The position numbers and the translations under genes were made by a program. Below, in pieces: positions 34,953 to 44,349 of a stretch of 64,000 nt of DNA. The stretch covers positions 5,085 to 69,084 of IMG/VR virus record IMGVR_UViG_3300050821_004652; one strand, given 5' to 3'. Position 1 is the stretch's first letter, and the number at the start of each line of letters is the position of its first letter. This stretch comes from a virus. Under the pieces are notes generated by a model that did not search any database, was not told the origin of the DNA, and saw only the letters and a list, made by a program, of their open reading frames with translations.

Positions 34953-37900
34953 TGTGCCGGCATATTACCCTGTTTTCCGGGCGGCGGCTCCTTTAGCTGG
35001 GGCTCGTCTCCCGGCCAGTCCTCCGGAATGATCGAAAGGCAATTCATCGGCAGCGGGTTGCTTTGCTGCAACGCCACCTGGCCCTTGGTGTCATAGCCGC
35101 CCGGCATGATGATCCGGACGTCGCCAGTCCAAAGCGGAACCACGGTGGACCCGAAGGACGGCGAGGCCTTGTCCGGCACCGGCGCGAGATTGGTCCAGGC
35201 AGGCGCAATCTGTGGCGGACTGAGAGTGGACCCGTCCGGCTGGTTCGCCCCCATCATAAAGCTGCGGGACTGCTCCATGCGCGCCGTCACTGCGGGAATC
35301 TTCTTCCGCTGGCCCTGGCCCGTCGGGCTCTGCCCCGCTTCCAGGTAAAGCGACTGAAGCTGGGCAGTAAAGCCCAAGCCGACCACGACATTCGAAGCGG
35401 GCGTTGCCAGCGTAATCTCGCCCTGCGGCGTCACCACTTGCGGCGGGATCACGATACCGTCGGCCACGCCGGTCACCGTGGCCCCGCGCAGATGAATCAG
35501 CCCCTCGATGGTCGACGTCGGCGTCGTGAGCGTCCAATCGCCGGCGGGGATCGGCATGATCTCGCCGTTGGTGTTCGGCACCGTGAGCACGAACGGTTGC
35601 AGGATGTTCGCAATCGCCTCCGTGGGACTCGGCGCGCCCGTAATCACCGCGCTGCCTCCCGCCGCGCGCACCACATCACCAATGGCATTCAGGAAGAAGC
35701 CGGGGTTGGAAGTGAGCGTGACCGTGTTGAGCAAGGTCACGATGCCTTCGAAGCCACTGCCGCCCTCACTGCCCGCCGGATCGAAGGTCACAATCTGCGG
35801 GCTCACATAGCCGGCGCCGCCCGCGATGCTCACGCCCGTGATCACGCCGCCTACAATCGTCGGCGTCAGCACCGCTCCCGTGCCCGGTCCCTCGCCATTA
35901 TTGTCGACCAGAGACATTTGCGTGCCGCTCGAGTAACCCTGGCCGCCGGCCACGACAGTGACGGCCGTCGGCGTTCCGGATCCGGTGGCGGAGCTTATCG
36001 TCAGAACGCCATCCGGAGTTGGTTGAACGAGCGCCAGGCCGCAATCGACGCACCATGCTTCATCGATCGTGTTCCACAGACGATTATCCATGCGCTCGAT
36101 CATGTAGGCGGTATTCGTGCCGATCTCGCGCTGGACCGCCAGATAAAGCGCGTCGACCGGCGGCTCGGTGATCGAGCTCACGCTGACCACTAGGCCATTC
36201 GTGTCATGCCGCGCCCAGGCGGCAATTTGCTCCGGCTTGACGTAGGTGAGGCTCAACAGGATGCCATCGTTCCGTTGCGCCCAGAGGATTTTGTACGGCT
36301 CTTCCGTCCAGGCCCATTGCTCGATCTGGTAGGTCTGGAAGAGATGCGCCGAGTTAAGCGTGAGATCCGACCCGGTGTAGATGTTCTGGTAGAACTGGTA
36401 GGCCAGGTCGCGAACGATTGCGCCCTTCGCCTGCACATACAGAATGTCGTAGTCGATCTTGATCGGCGGCACGAGATTGGAGCAGCCGTTGAACGCCTGT
36501 GGCTGGGCCTGCTGATTGGATGGCGTGATTGGCTGCGGATTGAGCGAACTACCGCCGGTGCCCGTCAATTGCCACGCCTCGCGGCCTGTCAGCACCACCA
36601 GGCCGCCCGGCATGTCGACCATGAACTGGATGCCGTCAACCTGGACCGACCAGGGCGCGCCGGTGATCGCATCGCTGTCCAGCGTGGGCACCGAGACATC
36701 AAAATTCGTGAAAGAGCCCGGCTGGCTCATCACGTACTGATCAGGCTGATTGATCGAGTTGGCGTAGACCCGCCGCTCTTGGGCATAGGCGACCGTGCTC
36801 GGATAGTCATTCACCGTCGGCCAGGGATTCGTAAATTGCGGGGGAGTCGTCGTGTAGTCCGGCACGATGCCACCCGAATCATAGAAAGCGTTTCCGTTGA
36901 CGATGCTCGCCACGAAGCCGTAGGGCTGCCCCGCGGGAATTCCCGTGAACTGCAAAGGCTGGGTCTTATAGACGTTGTATGTGAGCACCCCCGGCAGTGT
37001 CGTCCACACGAAGGTGATCGTGCCGGGCGTTGTTTCGATATCGACCAGCCCAGGTCCACTCGTAGCGCCCGCCGGCAGACTTTCCGACAGATCGGCCGGA
37101 TTGACCACGGTCACCTGGTAGCCATAGGCCGTGTTGCCGTTCCCGGTGAAGCCAATGCCGACGATGCCAGGCGGCCCGATCGTGGGACCGGGAATCACCG
37201 CATGGAAAGTCCAGCTTGTGTCGGAGTGCCGCGTCAGGTCATAGGGCGGGTAAATCGAAAGCGTGTCCTGGTTCAAGCAGCAGATCGACATGACGTCGGC
37301 CGACTGGGTGAATTTCAGCCATGCAAGGTCCGCTTCAGCATAGGGCGATGCGGTCGTGTAGATGCGCGCCGCCTGGCCGCCTCCCAGATAGGTTCCAAAC
37401 GCCGTTGCGTCGATCGCATTGCCATAGACGTCGTTCAGCGTGAAGGTCGCCCCGGAGACATTCTCCACCACGAAGACCTGGTTGTTGACTTCGGTCTCTC
37501 CCAGGACAAGCGTGATCTCGATCCAGTCGCCATTGCTGTAGGGCGCGGTCGACGTAATGATCGTGACATTGAACGTCACCCCGACACCGCTTCCGGTGCT
37601 CGACGAAACCGAAACCGGATTCGTCGGATCGACTGTATAGCTGCCCGCATTGGCAACCGAGACCGCGTTCACTCCCATGATGGCATTCGAGAAGCTGGCG
37701 CCAAGACCGCTGCCCGATGTGCTGGCCTGCGTGAAGGTGAAACTCGCCGGATTGGTGGTAAAGACGCCGGCATTGGTGATCGCGAATGTCAGCACGCCTA
37801 GCTGGACATTGAGTTGCGCGCCTGTCAGGCCGCCCCCTGTCACCGGCTCCGCCGATGGCGTCGTAGGATTGACGGTGTAGGATCCCGCCACCGTGATGCT

Positions 37901-38638
37901 ATTTACCGCGGTGATGATGCCACCGGCGATCGTCACCGATGCCTGAAACTTCGTCCCGGTGCCAGTCGTGCCCGTAACCGTCGCAAGTCCGTTGGTGCCG
38001 CCCGTGCCCGCAGCATGGATAGTCGCCGCCACCACTTGTGTCGTGATGACCGTCAGGATAGCCGCGGTCGACTGGACGCCGCCCGTGAGGTGAAGCGTGT
38101 CACCTGGTGCATAGACCCCGTTGCCGGCATTGAACAACGCCAGAGATAGAATCTTGGTGTTGGTCACCGCCAGGATGGCCGGCGCCGAGAACGAACCGCC
38201 TGCCAGCGTCAGTTGATCGCCCGGCGCGTAGGAAGCCGTCACACCCCCATTGTTCGGCGTCGCGGCTGACACGCCGTTGATCAGCATGGTGACGATGGCT
38301 GGATTGCCATTCGTGATATTGGCAATCGGCAACGATGGCTCGGTCACATAGGCGCCATTGGCAATGACGCGCATGTAGAAGTTGCCGAATTCGAGCTCGA
38401 GCCCCTGGCTGATCGAAAACTGGAATGGAATCAGACGAGGCGGAAGGGTGCGGCCGGTCTGTTTGGAGAATCCGACGAAGGCCGTTCCACCTCGGCTATA
38501 GGCGCCCCCGGAATACTTCGGCCACATATTGCGCATGGTCGCGGCGCCGACCTTGTTGCGCGCAAGATCCTGGCGACCGAACAGGCCGGGTGAGATCTCG
38601 CCTAGAGTCCATGCGGGCTGCTGAAACGGGAACGCCAT
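34949..38638 (-). CDS. Tail nozzle/tubular protein B with inserted repeat domains
   Basis: GEISPGLFGRQDL, RLIPFQFS, QSADVM, YPSTVAYAQERR, AWARHDT. Confidence 0.85.
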   Translation of the reverse strand: MAFPFQQPAWTLGEISPGLFGRQDLARNKVGAATMRNMWPKYSGGAYSRGGTAFVGFSKQTGRTLPPRLIPFQFSISQGLELEFGNFYMRVIANGAYVTEPSLPIANITNGNPAIVTMLINGVSAATPNNGGVTASYAPGDQLTLAGGSFSAPAILAVTNTKILSLALFNAGNGVYAPGDTLHLTGGVQSTAAILTVITTQVVAATIHAAGTGGTNGLATVTGTTGTGTKFQASVTIAGGIITAVNSITVAGSYTVNPTTPSAEPVTGGGLTGAQLNVQLGVLTFAITNAGVFTTNPASFTFTQASTSGSGLGASFSNAIMGVNAVSVANAGSYTVDPTNPVSVSSSTGSGVGVTFNVTIITSTAPYSNGDWIEITLVLGETEVNNQVFVVENVSGATFTLNDVYGNAIDATAFGTYLGGGQAARIYTTASPYAEADLAWLKFTQSADVMSICCLNQDTLSIYPPYDLTRHSDTSWTFHAVIPGPTIGPPGIVGIGFTGNGNTAYGYQVTVVNPADLSESLPAGATSGPGLVDIETTPGTITFVWTTLPGVLTYNVYKTQPLQFTGIPAGQPYGFVASIVNGNAFYDSGGIVPDYTTTPPQFTNPWPTVNDYPSTVAYAQERRVYANSINQPDQYVMSQPGSFTNFDVSVPTLDSDAITGAPWSVQVDGIQFMVDMPGGLVVLTGREAWQLTGTGGSSLNPQPITPSNQQAQPQAFNGCSNLVPPIKIDYDILYVQAKGAIVRDLAYQFYQNIYTGSDLTLNSAHLFQTYQIEQWAWTEEPYKILWAQRNDGILLSLTYVKPEQIAAWARHDTNGLVVSVSSITEPPVDALYLAVQREIGTNTAYMIERMDNRLWNTIDEAWCVDCGLALVQPTPDGVLTISSATGSGTPTAVTVVAGGQGYSSGTQMSLVDNNGEGPGTGAVLTPTIVGGVITGVSIAGGAGYVSPQIVTFDPAGSEGGSGFEGIVTLLNTVTLTSNPGFFLNAIGDVVRAAGGSAVITGAPSPTEAIANILQPFVLTVPNTNGEIMPIPAGDWTLTTPTSTIEGLIHLRGATVTGVADGIVIPPQVVTPQGEITLATPASNVVVGLGFTAQLQSLYLEAGQSPTGQGQRKKIPAVTARMEQSRSFMMGANQPDGSTLSPPQIAPAWTNLAPVPDKASPSFGSTVVPLWTGDVRIIMPGGYDTKGQVALQQSNPLPMNCLSIIPEDWPGDEPQLKEPPPGKQGNMPAQ

Positions 38639-38646
38639 CGACCATC

Positions 38647-39549
38647 CTAGAAGCTGGAGCCATCGCTAAACCCGACACTCCCTGACCAGCCGCCGCCCCA
38701 GCACCCCCATGTCGCCCCATCGGAGGACCAGTCGCCGCCGATGCCGTTGCCCCCCAGCGTGTTTCGAAACCGCATCCAATCTACCTGAATATCGGAGCTC
38801 ACCGTCATCTCATTGCCGTCCGCGATCCGCGCTTCCGTGATCTTGGCCTTGGCGATGGCGATCTGATCCTTGCGAACCGCCAGGCCCAGCTTGGGGTTTT
38901 TGCTCGACCACAGCGGCCAGCATACCTCGCTCGCCAGATAGGCGATCATGGCCGAAGTAAAGAGTTGGTCCCACAGTGAGGGATAGGTCGCGTCGAAGGT
39001 ATAAACCAGCGAGGCATTCTGCACGTTGGAGAGAATTACCGTGCTGCCGATCGGGCTCGAGCCGTGCGTCGGCTGATAGGGCACCGCCACCGGCTGCGAA
39101 AAATTCGGGTCGTTGGTCACGAGGAACTGTGATGGCCGGATGGGTTGCCAGAGGATCGCCGGATTGCCGCCCGTCGTGGGAGGAACATTCGGGTTGGGCG
39201 GCTGGATGTTGCCCGGCGGCACGCCCGGATTCTGGTAAGGCTTCCACGGGATGTAGCGGATCCTTTGACAGTCTGTCGGGTAGGCATATTCGTACTGGAA
39301 ATTCGTACCCGGCACCTGGGTGCCTACGTTTGGCGTCACGCCAGAAGAGTCGGCCAGCAGAAACAACGGCACCTGTTTCCGGGCAAATCCCCATGGCGCC
39401 CCGCGAAGAAGATCCTCTCGGCAACGACCATAGGCGCGCAACAGCAGGTTTGCTTCACGGCCGCCCTGCTCGAGATTGCCCAACTCCATGTTGTAGCCAC
39501 AGGCATCGAGCGCGAGGTTGGCAACGTCTACGGGATAGCCGATCGTCAT
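38647..39549 (-). CDS. Tail adaptor/tubular protein A paralogue 1
   Basis: VANLALD, WGFARK, YEYAYPTDC, WDQLF. Confidence 0.75.
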   Translation of the reverse strand: MTIGYPVDVANLALDACGYNMELGNLEQGGREANLLLRAYGRCREDLLRGAPWGFARKQVPLFLLADSSGVTPNVGTQVPGTNFQYEYAYPTDCQRIRYIPWKPYQNPGVPPGNIQPPNPNVPPTTGGNPAILWQPIRPSQFLVTNDPNFSQPVAVPYQPTHGSSPIGSTVILSNVQNASLVYTFDATYPSLWDQLFTSAMIAYLASEVCWPLWSSKNPKLGLAVRKDQIAIAKAKITEARIADGNEMTVSSDIQVDWMRFRNTLGGNGIGGDWSSDGATWGCWGGGWSGSVGFSDGSSF

Positions 39550-40157
39550 CGCTGCTCCAACTCGCTGGTCGCCTGCTCACCGGCCGCCTGCGGAATGGTG
39601 GTGCGATTGGAATCGGCGCCCGTCAATTCCGGCCCGAGGAGCGCTGCCAGGCGGATCGCCAGCGCGTCGGTGAAGGCCACATCCCACGTCGTGGGGTCGG
39701 TGATGCGCGCCGTGAAGGAGGCTTGCGCGTTCTGCACGTTCGATAGCAGCACCCGTTGTGGCGGGGTGAATCTCGGATCGTTGTACTCCGAGAACGGATA
39801 GAACTGCGGGTCCGGGTTGAAGAGGAAATTCGGCTGCGGCTGGATGATCCGAATCTTGAGAGCATTCGAGGGAAACGCATACTCGAACGCCCATCCCGCC
39901 GGCGGCATCGACACCGGATCCCACGGGTAGCCGGCGGTCGGCACAAACTTCAGCAGTGTCAGCGCAGCCGTTTGCTCGGCAAAATCATAGTCGTATTCCC
40001 GCAGCATCTGATCGCGAGTCTGACCGTAGATATCGAGGATGCTACTGGCGTGATCGGAACCATCGAACAGCGAGCCCACGCGCAGCTTGAAGCCCATGCG
40101 AACGAGTGCCGCATTGGCGACTTCCGCAGGATTTTTGAGGCTGGTCGTGATGGCCAT
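39546..40157 (-). CDS. Tail adaptor/tubular protein A paralogue 2
   Basis: VANAALV, YDFAEQ, FEYAFPSN, WDVAFTDALAIRLA. Confidence 0.75.
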   Translation of the reverse strand: MAITTSLKNPAEVANAALVRMGFKLRVGSLFDGSDHASSILDIYGQTRDQMLREYDYDFAEQTAALTLLKFVPTAGYPWDPVSMPPAGWAFEYAFPSNALKIRIIQPQPNFLFNPDPQFYPFSEYNDPRFTPPQRVLLSNVQNAQASFTARITDPTTWDVAFTDALAIRLAALLGPELTGADSNRTTIPQAAGEQATSELEQR

Positions 40158-40735
40158 CAGCCCTGCCTCGTTTCATTCGCTTTGGCCGCCGCCACGGACG
40201 ACTGGAGGAAGGACTGTTCGGTATCAGGCCGGCCGGACAACGACATCGCGAGCTTCGACGCCAGCATGCGAGTGACGCTCTCGGTGAACAGCGCATCCCA
40301 TACCGATTCTGTCGGATTGTTGTTCAGCACGAGTTGAGCGCCGACGACGTTGGTCCAGATCACCTTGGACTGCACGCCGGAGACCAGGTTGTTGCCCACC
40401 GTCCACACTGTCGGCAGCGGATCGTTCGGATCGGTATTCGACGGATCGAGCAGTTGCCAGATCTCCACGGCAAAGGGCGGATAGAGATATTCCAGCGTCA
40501 GGCCAGGCAGGAACGAGACCGGACTGTTCGCCGTGAGTGTCGGCGTAAAAATCCTTCGCGCGAAGTCCCAGCCGAATTCACGCTCGACGGCCTGGACCGT
40601 GGGCCCATAGATCGTCGCCAGCGCAACGCCGGCTGGAGAGGAATCGAACGTCGGCGCAAAGCCGGTCACTGCCGGGGTATTGTCCCCCATCAGATCGATG
40701 GCGATATTCGCGACCTGGTTCGACGTAAGAGCCAT
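40157..40735 (-). CDS. Tail adaptor/tubular protein A paralogue 3
   Basis: VANIAID, WDFARR, LEYLYP, WDALFTESVTRMLA. Confidence 0.75.
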   Translation of the reverse strand: MALTSNQVANIAIDLMGDNTPAVTGFAPTFDSSPAGVALATIYGPTVQAVEREFGWDFARRIFTPTLTANSPVSFLPGLTLEYLYPPFAVEIWQLLDPSNTDPNDPLPTVWTVGNNLVSGVQSKVIWTNVVGAQLVLNNNPTESVWDALFTESVTRMLASKLAMSLSGRPDTEQSFLQSSVAAAKANETRQG

Positions 40736-42184
40736 CTACTGGATCCGGCACATCATGTTCATAAGGACGGTCGGCTGCACGATGTTGAAAGCCGCGGACC
40801 CAAAAGTGCCGCTGCCGAAAACGCTGATCGACACGTTGCCGGTGATCGGCGTCGTGTTCGTGGTGGCCGAGATCGATCCCGTCGTCAGGGCATTGAAGTC
40901 GGCGCCCGCCGCGGCCGGCGCGCTGCCGGACCATCCACCGGACGTGCTGCCCGTTTGTCCGGACCCAAGGTTGATAAAATTCGTGCCGCTGGAGGTAAGA
41001 CCAAGCGAGGTAGTCGCACTATTCTGCTGCGTGCCGCCCGTGGCTCCAAGCGTCGTACCGTTCGGCGTCATGCTGGCGTTCGTCAGACGATTCGCCGCCG
41101 TGCCGCCCATGTTGTCGAGACCGGCGATCACGCGCCCGCGAGCATCCGGTAAATTGAAAGTGGTGCTGCCATCGCCTGCCCCATAGGTCGTGCCGTAGAC
41201 CGCAAAGGCCGCCGCAAAGGTCGTGCGTGAGATCGCCTGGCCATACGCCAGCGCCCAGGACGCCGGCGCCGTGTTGCCCGCGAAGGGAACGCAAATGCCG
41301 ATCGGAAACGTGATCGCCTGGTTCACATAGGCAGTCGTGGCCACCAGGGTACTGTTGTCATTGGCTGCTTGCGTGACCGCAGTCGTGGCGCTTCCCAGAG
41401 TGCCAGCGGTGATCGCCGGCGATGAGAACGTGCCCCCGGTCACCGTAGGCGTGGAGATCGTCGGGCTCGAGATCGTGCCCCCCGTGATCGTCGGGCTGGT
41501 GAGCGTCTTGTTGGTGAGCGTGTCCGTCGTGGTGCGGCCGACAATCGTGTCTGTCGCATTCGGCAGCGTCCAGATACCGGAAGCGGTCGCCGGAACGGAA
41601 ATCGTCGTGGTGCCACTCGACGAACCGGAAAGCTGGAGCTCGCCCTGACAATCCTTGACCACCGAACCGTTGACGCTGTTCCAGCAAACGACGTCGTTCA
41701 CGATGCTGGTCATGGGCCCGACGACGCCGCCGGAGACCGTGAACGGGAAAGCATAGCTCGTCCCGTTCAGGTTGATGACCATGCCCTGCGGGCTCGCCCC
41801 GCCAAACGGATTGTAGGCAATGACGCCCTGGCCGTTGACGTTGGCGGAAAACGACAGCGCGTGGCCGCCGCCGACGTTGGTGCTGGGCGCGTCCTGAATC
41901 TGGAATACCGTGCCCAATTGCCCGGTGCCCTGGCCCGCGAATGGAGCAGTGCCCGTGCCTTGCGCCGTGATGTTGAGCTCGGAGAGGCCAATGCCCAGGC
42001 CGCCGCCGCCGGCAGGCCCCGCATCGCGGACGATCGGCTGAGTGCCGGATCCCGACTGGTTGTAGGTCGGAGCGTGCCCGGAAACCCAAGGCCCGGACTG
42101 GAGCACCGAGGACTGGCCACATGCAACGCCCGGAAGTGCCAACGCCAAAAAGGCGATGGCGTTGAGCAACGAACGAGCGGACAT
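40736..42184 (-). CDS. Tail fibre with tail-collar domain and signal-peptide-like N-terminus
   Basis: TDTLTNKTLT repeats; GQAISRTTFA..YGTTYGAGDGSTTFNLPDARGR collar; GAGGAG RBS before MSARSLLNAIAFLALALPGVACG. Confidence 0.8.
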   Translation of the reverse strand: MSARSLLNAIAFLALALPGVACGQSSVLQSGPWVSGHAPTYNQSGSGTQPIVRDAGPAGGGGLGIGLSELNITAQGTGTAPFAGQGTGQLGTVFQIQDAPSTNVGGGHALSFSANVNGQGVIAYNPFGGASPQGMVINLNGTSYAFPFTVSGGVVGPMTSIVNDVVCWNSVNGSVVKDCQGELQLSGSSSGTTTISVPATASGIWTLPNATDTIVGRTTTDTLTNKTLTSPTITGGTISSPTISTPTVTGGTFSSPAITAGTLGSATTAVTQAANDNSTLVATTAYVNQAITFPIGICVPFAGNTAPASWALAYGQAISRTTFAAAFAVYGTTYGAGDGSTTFNLPDARGRVIAGLDNMGGTAANRLTNASMTPNGTTLGATGGTQQNSATTSLGLTSSGTNFINLGSGQTGSTSGGWSGSAPAAAGADFNALTTGSISATTNTTPITGNVSISVFGSGTFGSAAFNIVQPTVLMNMMCRIQ

Positions 42185-42188
42185 GAAA

Positions 42189-42494
42189 CTACTCCTCTTC
42201 GGTGTCCTCATTCTCGACGCGCATTTTCTGTAGCTGGATCTCGACCCGACAGGAACTGCCGTATTCGCCATCGCTTGCAGAAACGCTCGTCACTACGCCA
42301 AAGGCGCGTAGGTCGATGGTATCCCCGACCGACGGCATCTCCAAATCCAGCTTCTCCATTTCCTTCTCGCAGAAGGAAATCCGGGTGCCATAGGGATAGA
42401 CCGGACCTTTGGGGCGCGACGGCATCGACGGATAGGTGTCGACGACATCTTCGTCATTCATCTCAAGATCGACCATCGGACCTTTGAAACTCAT
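42189..42494 (-). CDS. Capsid staple protein (epsilon15 gp10-like)
   Basis: YPYGTRISF...KLDL..PSVGD...VTSVS...VEIQLQKM. Confidence 0.7.
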   Translation of the reverse strand: MSFKGPMVDLEMNDEDVVDTYPSMPSRPKGPVYPYGTRISFCEKEMEKLDLEMPSVGDTIDLRAFGVVTSVSASDGEYGSSCRVEIQLQKMRVENEDTEEE

Positions 42495-42496
42495 GG

Positions 42497-42736
42497 CTAC
42501 CTCTCGATTTCGTCATCGCCTTTGGGACCTTGCTTGCCGAGATTGATAACCGGCAGCTTTTTCCCTTTGGCAACGTCATCCATCAGTTTCTTATTGGCCG
42601 CCCGCTCGGCATCCGTTGGCTCCTTGCGATCCTTGCTGTCCTTGTCCTGATCGCTTTCGTCTTCGTCATCCGCTCCCTGCATCGCCGCCAGCTTCAGGCT
42701 ACGCGGGTTATCATAGAGCTTCGATTGCTTTGCCAC
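42497..42736 (-). CDS. Small charged protein with N-terminal SKLYDNPRS motif
   Basis: GTG start; motif shared with the scaffold C-terminus. Confidence 0.6.
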   Translation of the reverse strand: MAKQSKLYDNPRSLKLAAMQGADDEDESDQDKDSKDRKEPTDAERAANKKLMDDVAKGKKLPVINLGKQGPKGDDEIER

Positions 42737-42738
42737 CT

Positions 42739-43164
42739 TCAGGCCGCCGCAGGAGCGGCCGCCGGGGCGGCGCCAGCCTCAGCAACAGGCGCCGGCGCAG
42801 GAGTCGCGGCGCCCCCACCGGCTTCCTCCGAGACCGCGCCCGGCCCGGCCGCCATTTCGGTGGCATGCTTGGACGCCATGGCATCGTGCTCATCCTGGTG
42901 GCGCTTGTGCATCTTGTCGTGCTCGGCCTTGTGGTTGCCGTGCATGTCGCGCCGCTCGGTGCGGTGACGCTCGTGCATCTCCTCCCGCTCCTGCTTATGG
43001 CGCTCGTGATGCCCCTTCTCTTCGGGCTTCGCCTCTTTGCCCTTGTCCGTGGGCTCGGGCGCCTTACCCTTTTCCTCGACCTTTTTCAGGGCAGGCTCTT
43101 GCGCCTTGTGCTCGCCGCGGGCCTTTTTCGAGGCGTCGCTGTCGTACATTTTCTCGCGGGCCAT
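42739..43164 (-). CDS. His-rich 11-residue-repeat protein with N-terminal REKMYD motif
   Basis: HERHKQEREEM-HERHRTERRDM-HGNHKAEHDKM-HKRHQDEHDAM. Confidence 0.7.
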   Translation of the reverse strand: MAREKMYDSDASKKARGEHKAQEPALKKVEEKGKAPEPTDKGKEAKPEEKGHHERHKQEREEMHERHRTERRDMHGNHKAEHDKMHKRHQDEHDAMASKHATEMAAGPGAVSEEAGGGAATPAPAPVAEAGAAPAAAPAAA

Positions 43165-43166
43165 GA

Positions 43167-43397
43167 TCAATGCTCCGGGTGATGTCGCTGAGAACGCGGG
43201 TGAGGATACATCTTCTTCCGCCGGTGAGCCATTTTCTCAAAGGTCAACGCCAGGCGAGCTCGCTTGCCCTCTTTGCCGGGGGCGTCCTTTTCCTTCTCGG
43301 CATGCTCATGGACCGACTCGCCCGCCTTTTCGGCCGACTTGGTGAAGGAACCCTCTTTCAGGTGCGCCTTCTGAATCCACTTTTTGCCCTTCGCCAT
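43167..43397 (-). CDS. Small basic protein with C-terminal RRKKMYPHPRS
   Basis: GAGGAG RBS; KKWIQKA..K.G...KRARLALT. Confidence 0.7.
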   Translation of the reverse strand: MAKGKKWIQKAHLKEGSFTKSAEKAGESVHEHAEKEKDAPGKEGKRARLALTFEKMAHRRKKMYPHPRSQRHHPEH

Positions 43398-43434
43398 CGG
43401 AACGCTCCTCGAGGCTACGTCGCCCAGCGTCGAA

Positions 43435-43653
43435 CTAGGCATCGTGCTTGCGATGGGCGAAAGCGCCGCGGATCTTGCTATGGAACCAGCCACCAACAGA
43501 ATCCGCGGCTACGCCCTCGTGATAAGTCTCCGCCGGCACGCCGTCATAGGAATAGAGGCCGCCGCCCTTGAACCGAATCCAAAGCGTCGTGCCCTCATGG
43601 CCCATCGCCTGGATATTCTTGCTCTGCACGGGGGTGAGATGCGGAATTTTCAC
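43435..43653 (-). CDS. KTSC domain protein
   Basis: VQSKNIQAMG...LWIRFKGGGLYSYDGVP...SVGGWFHSKIRG. Confidence 0.8.
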   Translation of the reverse strand: MKIPHLTPVQSKNIQAMGHEGTTLWIRFKGGGLYSYDGVPAETYHEGVAADSVGGWFHSKIRGAFAHRKHDA

Positions 43654-43850
43654 TTCGTCGACCTCGGATGATCGTACATCTTCTCGCGCCGGTGCATCTT
43701 GTTGGCGTGCTTGTTGGCGGTCGCAATCGCGATACCTTCAGGCACGCCCTCTTTCAACATGGCGTTCGCCATCTCGGAAGCCTTGGCCGCCGACTTGCCC
43801 TTCAGCTTCTTATTGTGCCGCTTGGCAAATTCTTCCGGCGTCCAAGGCAT
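43650..43850 (-). CDS. Small protein (MPWT...ANAMLKEGVPEGIAIATA) with C-terminal RREKMYDHPRS
   Basis: TGATG overlap; resembles the YdaT/DUF2188-like N-terminus. Confidence 0.7.
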   Translation of the reverse strand: MPWTPEEFAKRHNKKLKGKSAAKASEMANAMLKEGVPEGIAIATANKHANKMHRREKMYDHPRSTK

Positions 43851-44338
43851 CAGGTGGTGCGGATCCACACCGCCAGAGGCGCATTGAACATCCAGCAATA
43901 CTTCGTGTTGGCGGTCAACGCGGTGACAGTGCCCAGGCCGAACGCCGCGAAAGCCTGTCCGGTATTGGCCGTCATCGTGACCGCAGTCTGCGTCTGACTA
44001 TCCTCCACGCACACGCGCTGCCCGTCGCCCGGTGAGGCCGGCATCGTGATGGTCCCGGTCGCGAGCGTGCCCGCCGGATTGAGATAGAGGAAGCTGACAA
44101 ACTTCGGAACCGTGATCGTGAACGCGGTGAGCGGCACCTGGTAGGAATACTGCTCGATACCGGCGACGCCACCCGGAGGCGCGTACACGGCTTGAGCGCT
44201 CGGAGCGCTCAACGGCACAACCTGTACCGAGTCGGTCTGACTGATGGCCCCGATCTGCGGCACAGGAACGCCCTGCGCGAGTGCCCAGCCGGCAAAAGCC
44301 AGGAGCGCGCCGGTAGCGAGGATAGCGAGCTTCTTCAT
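43850..44338 (-). CDS. Virion-like beta protein with signal peptide
   Basis: MKKLAILATGALLAFAGWALA; LNPAGTLATGTITMPASPGDGQ. Confidence 0.7.
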   Translation of the reverse strand: MKKLAILATGALLAFAGWALAQGVPVPQIGAISQTDSVQVVPLSAPSAQAVYAPPGGVAGIEQYSYQVPLTAFTITVPKFVSFLYLNPAGTLATGTITMPASPGDGQRVCVEDSQTQTAVTMTANTGQAFAAFGLGTVTALTANTKYCWMFNAPLAVWIRTT

Positions 44339-44349
44339 ATGACGATCTC

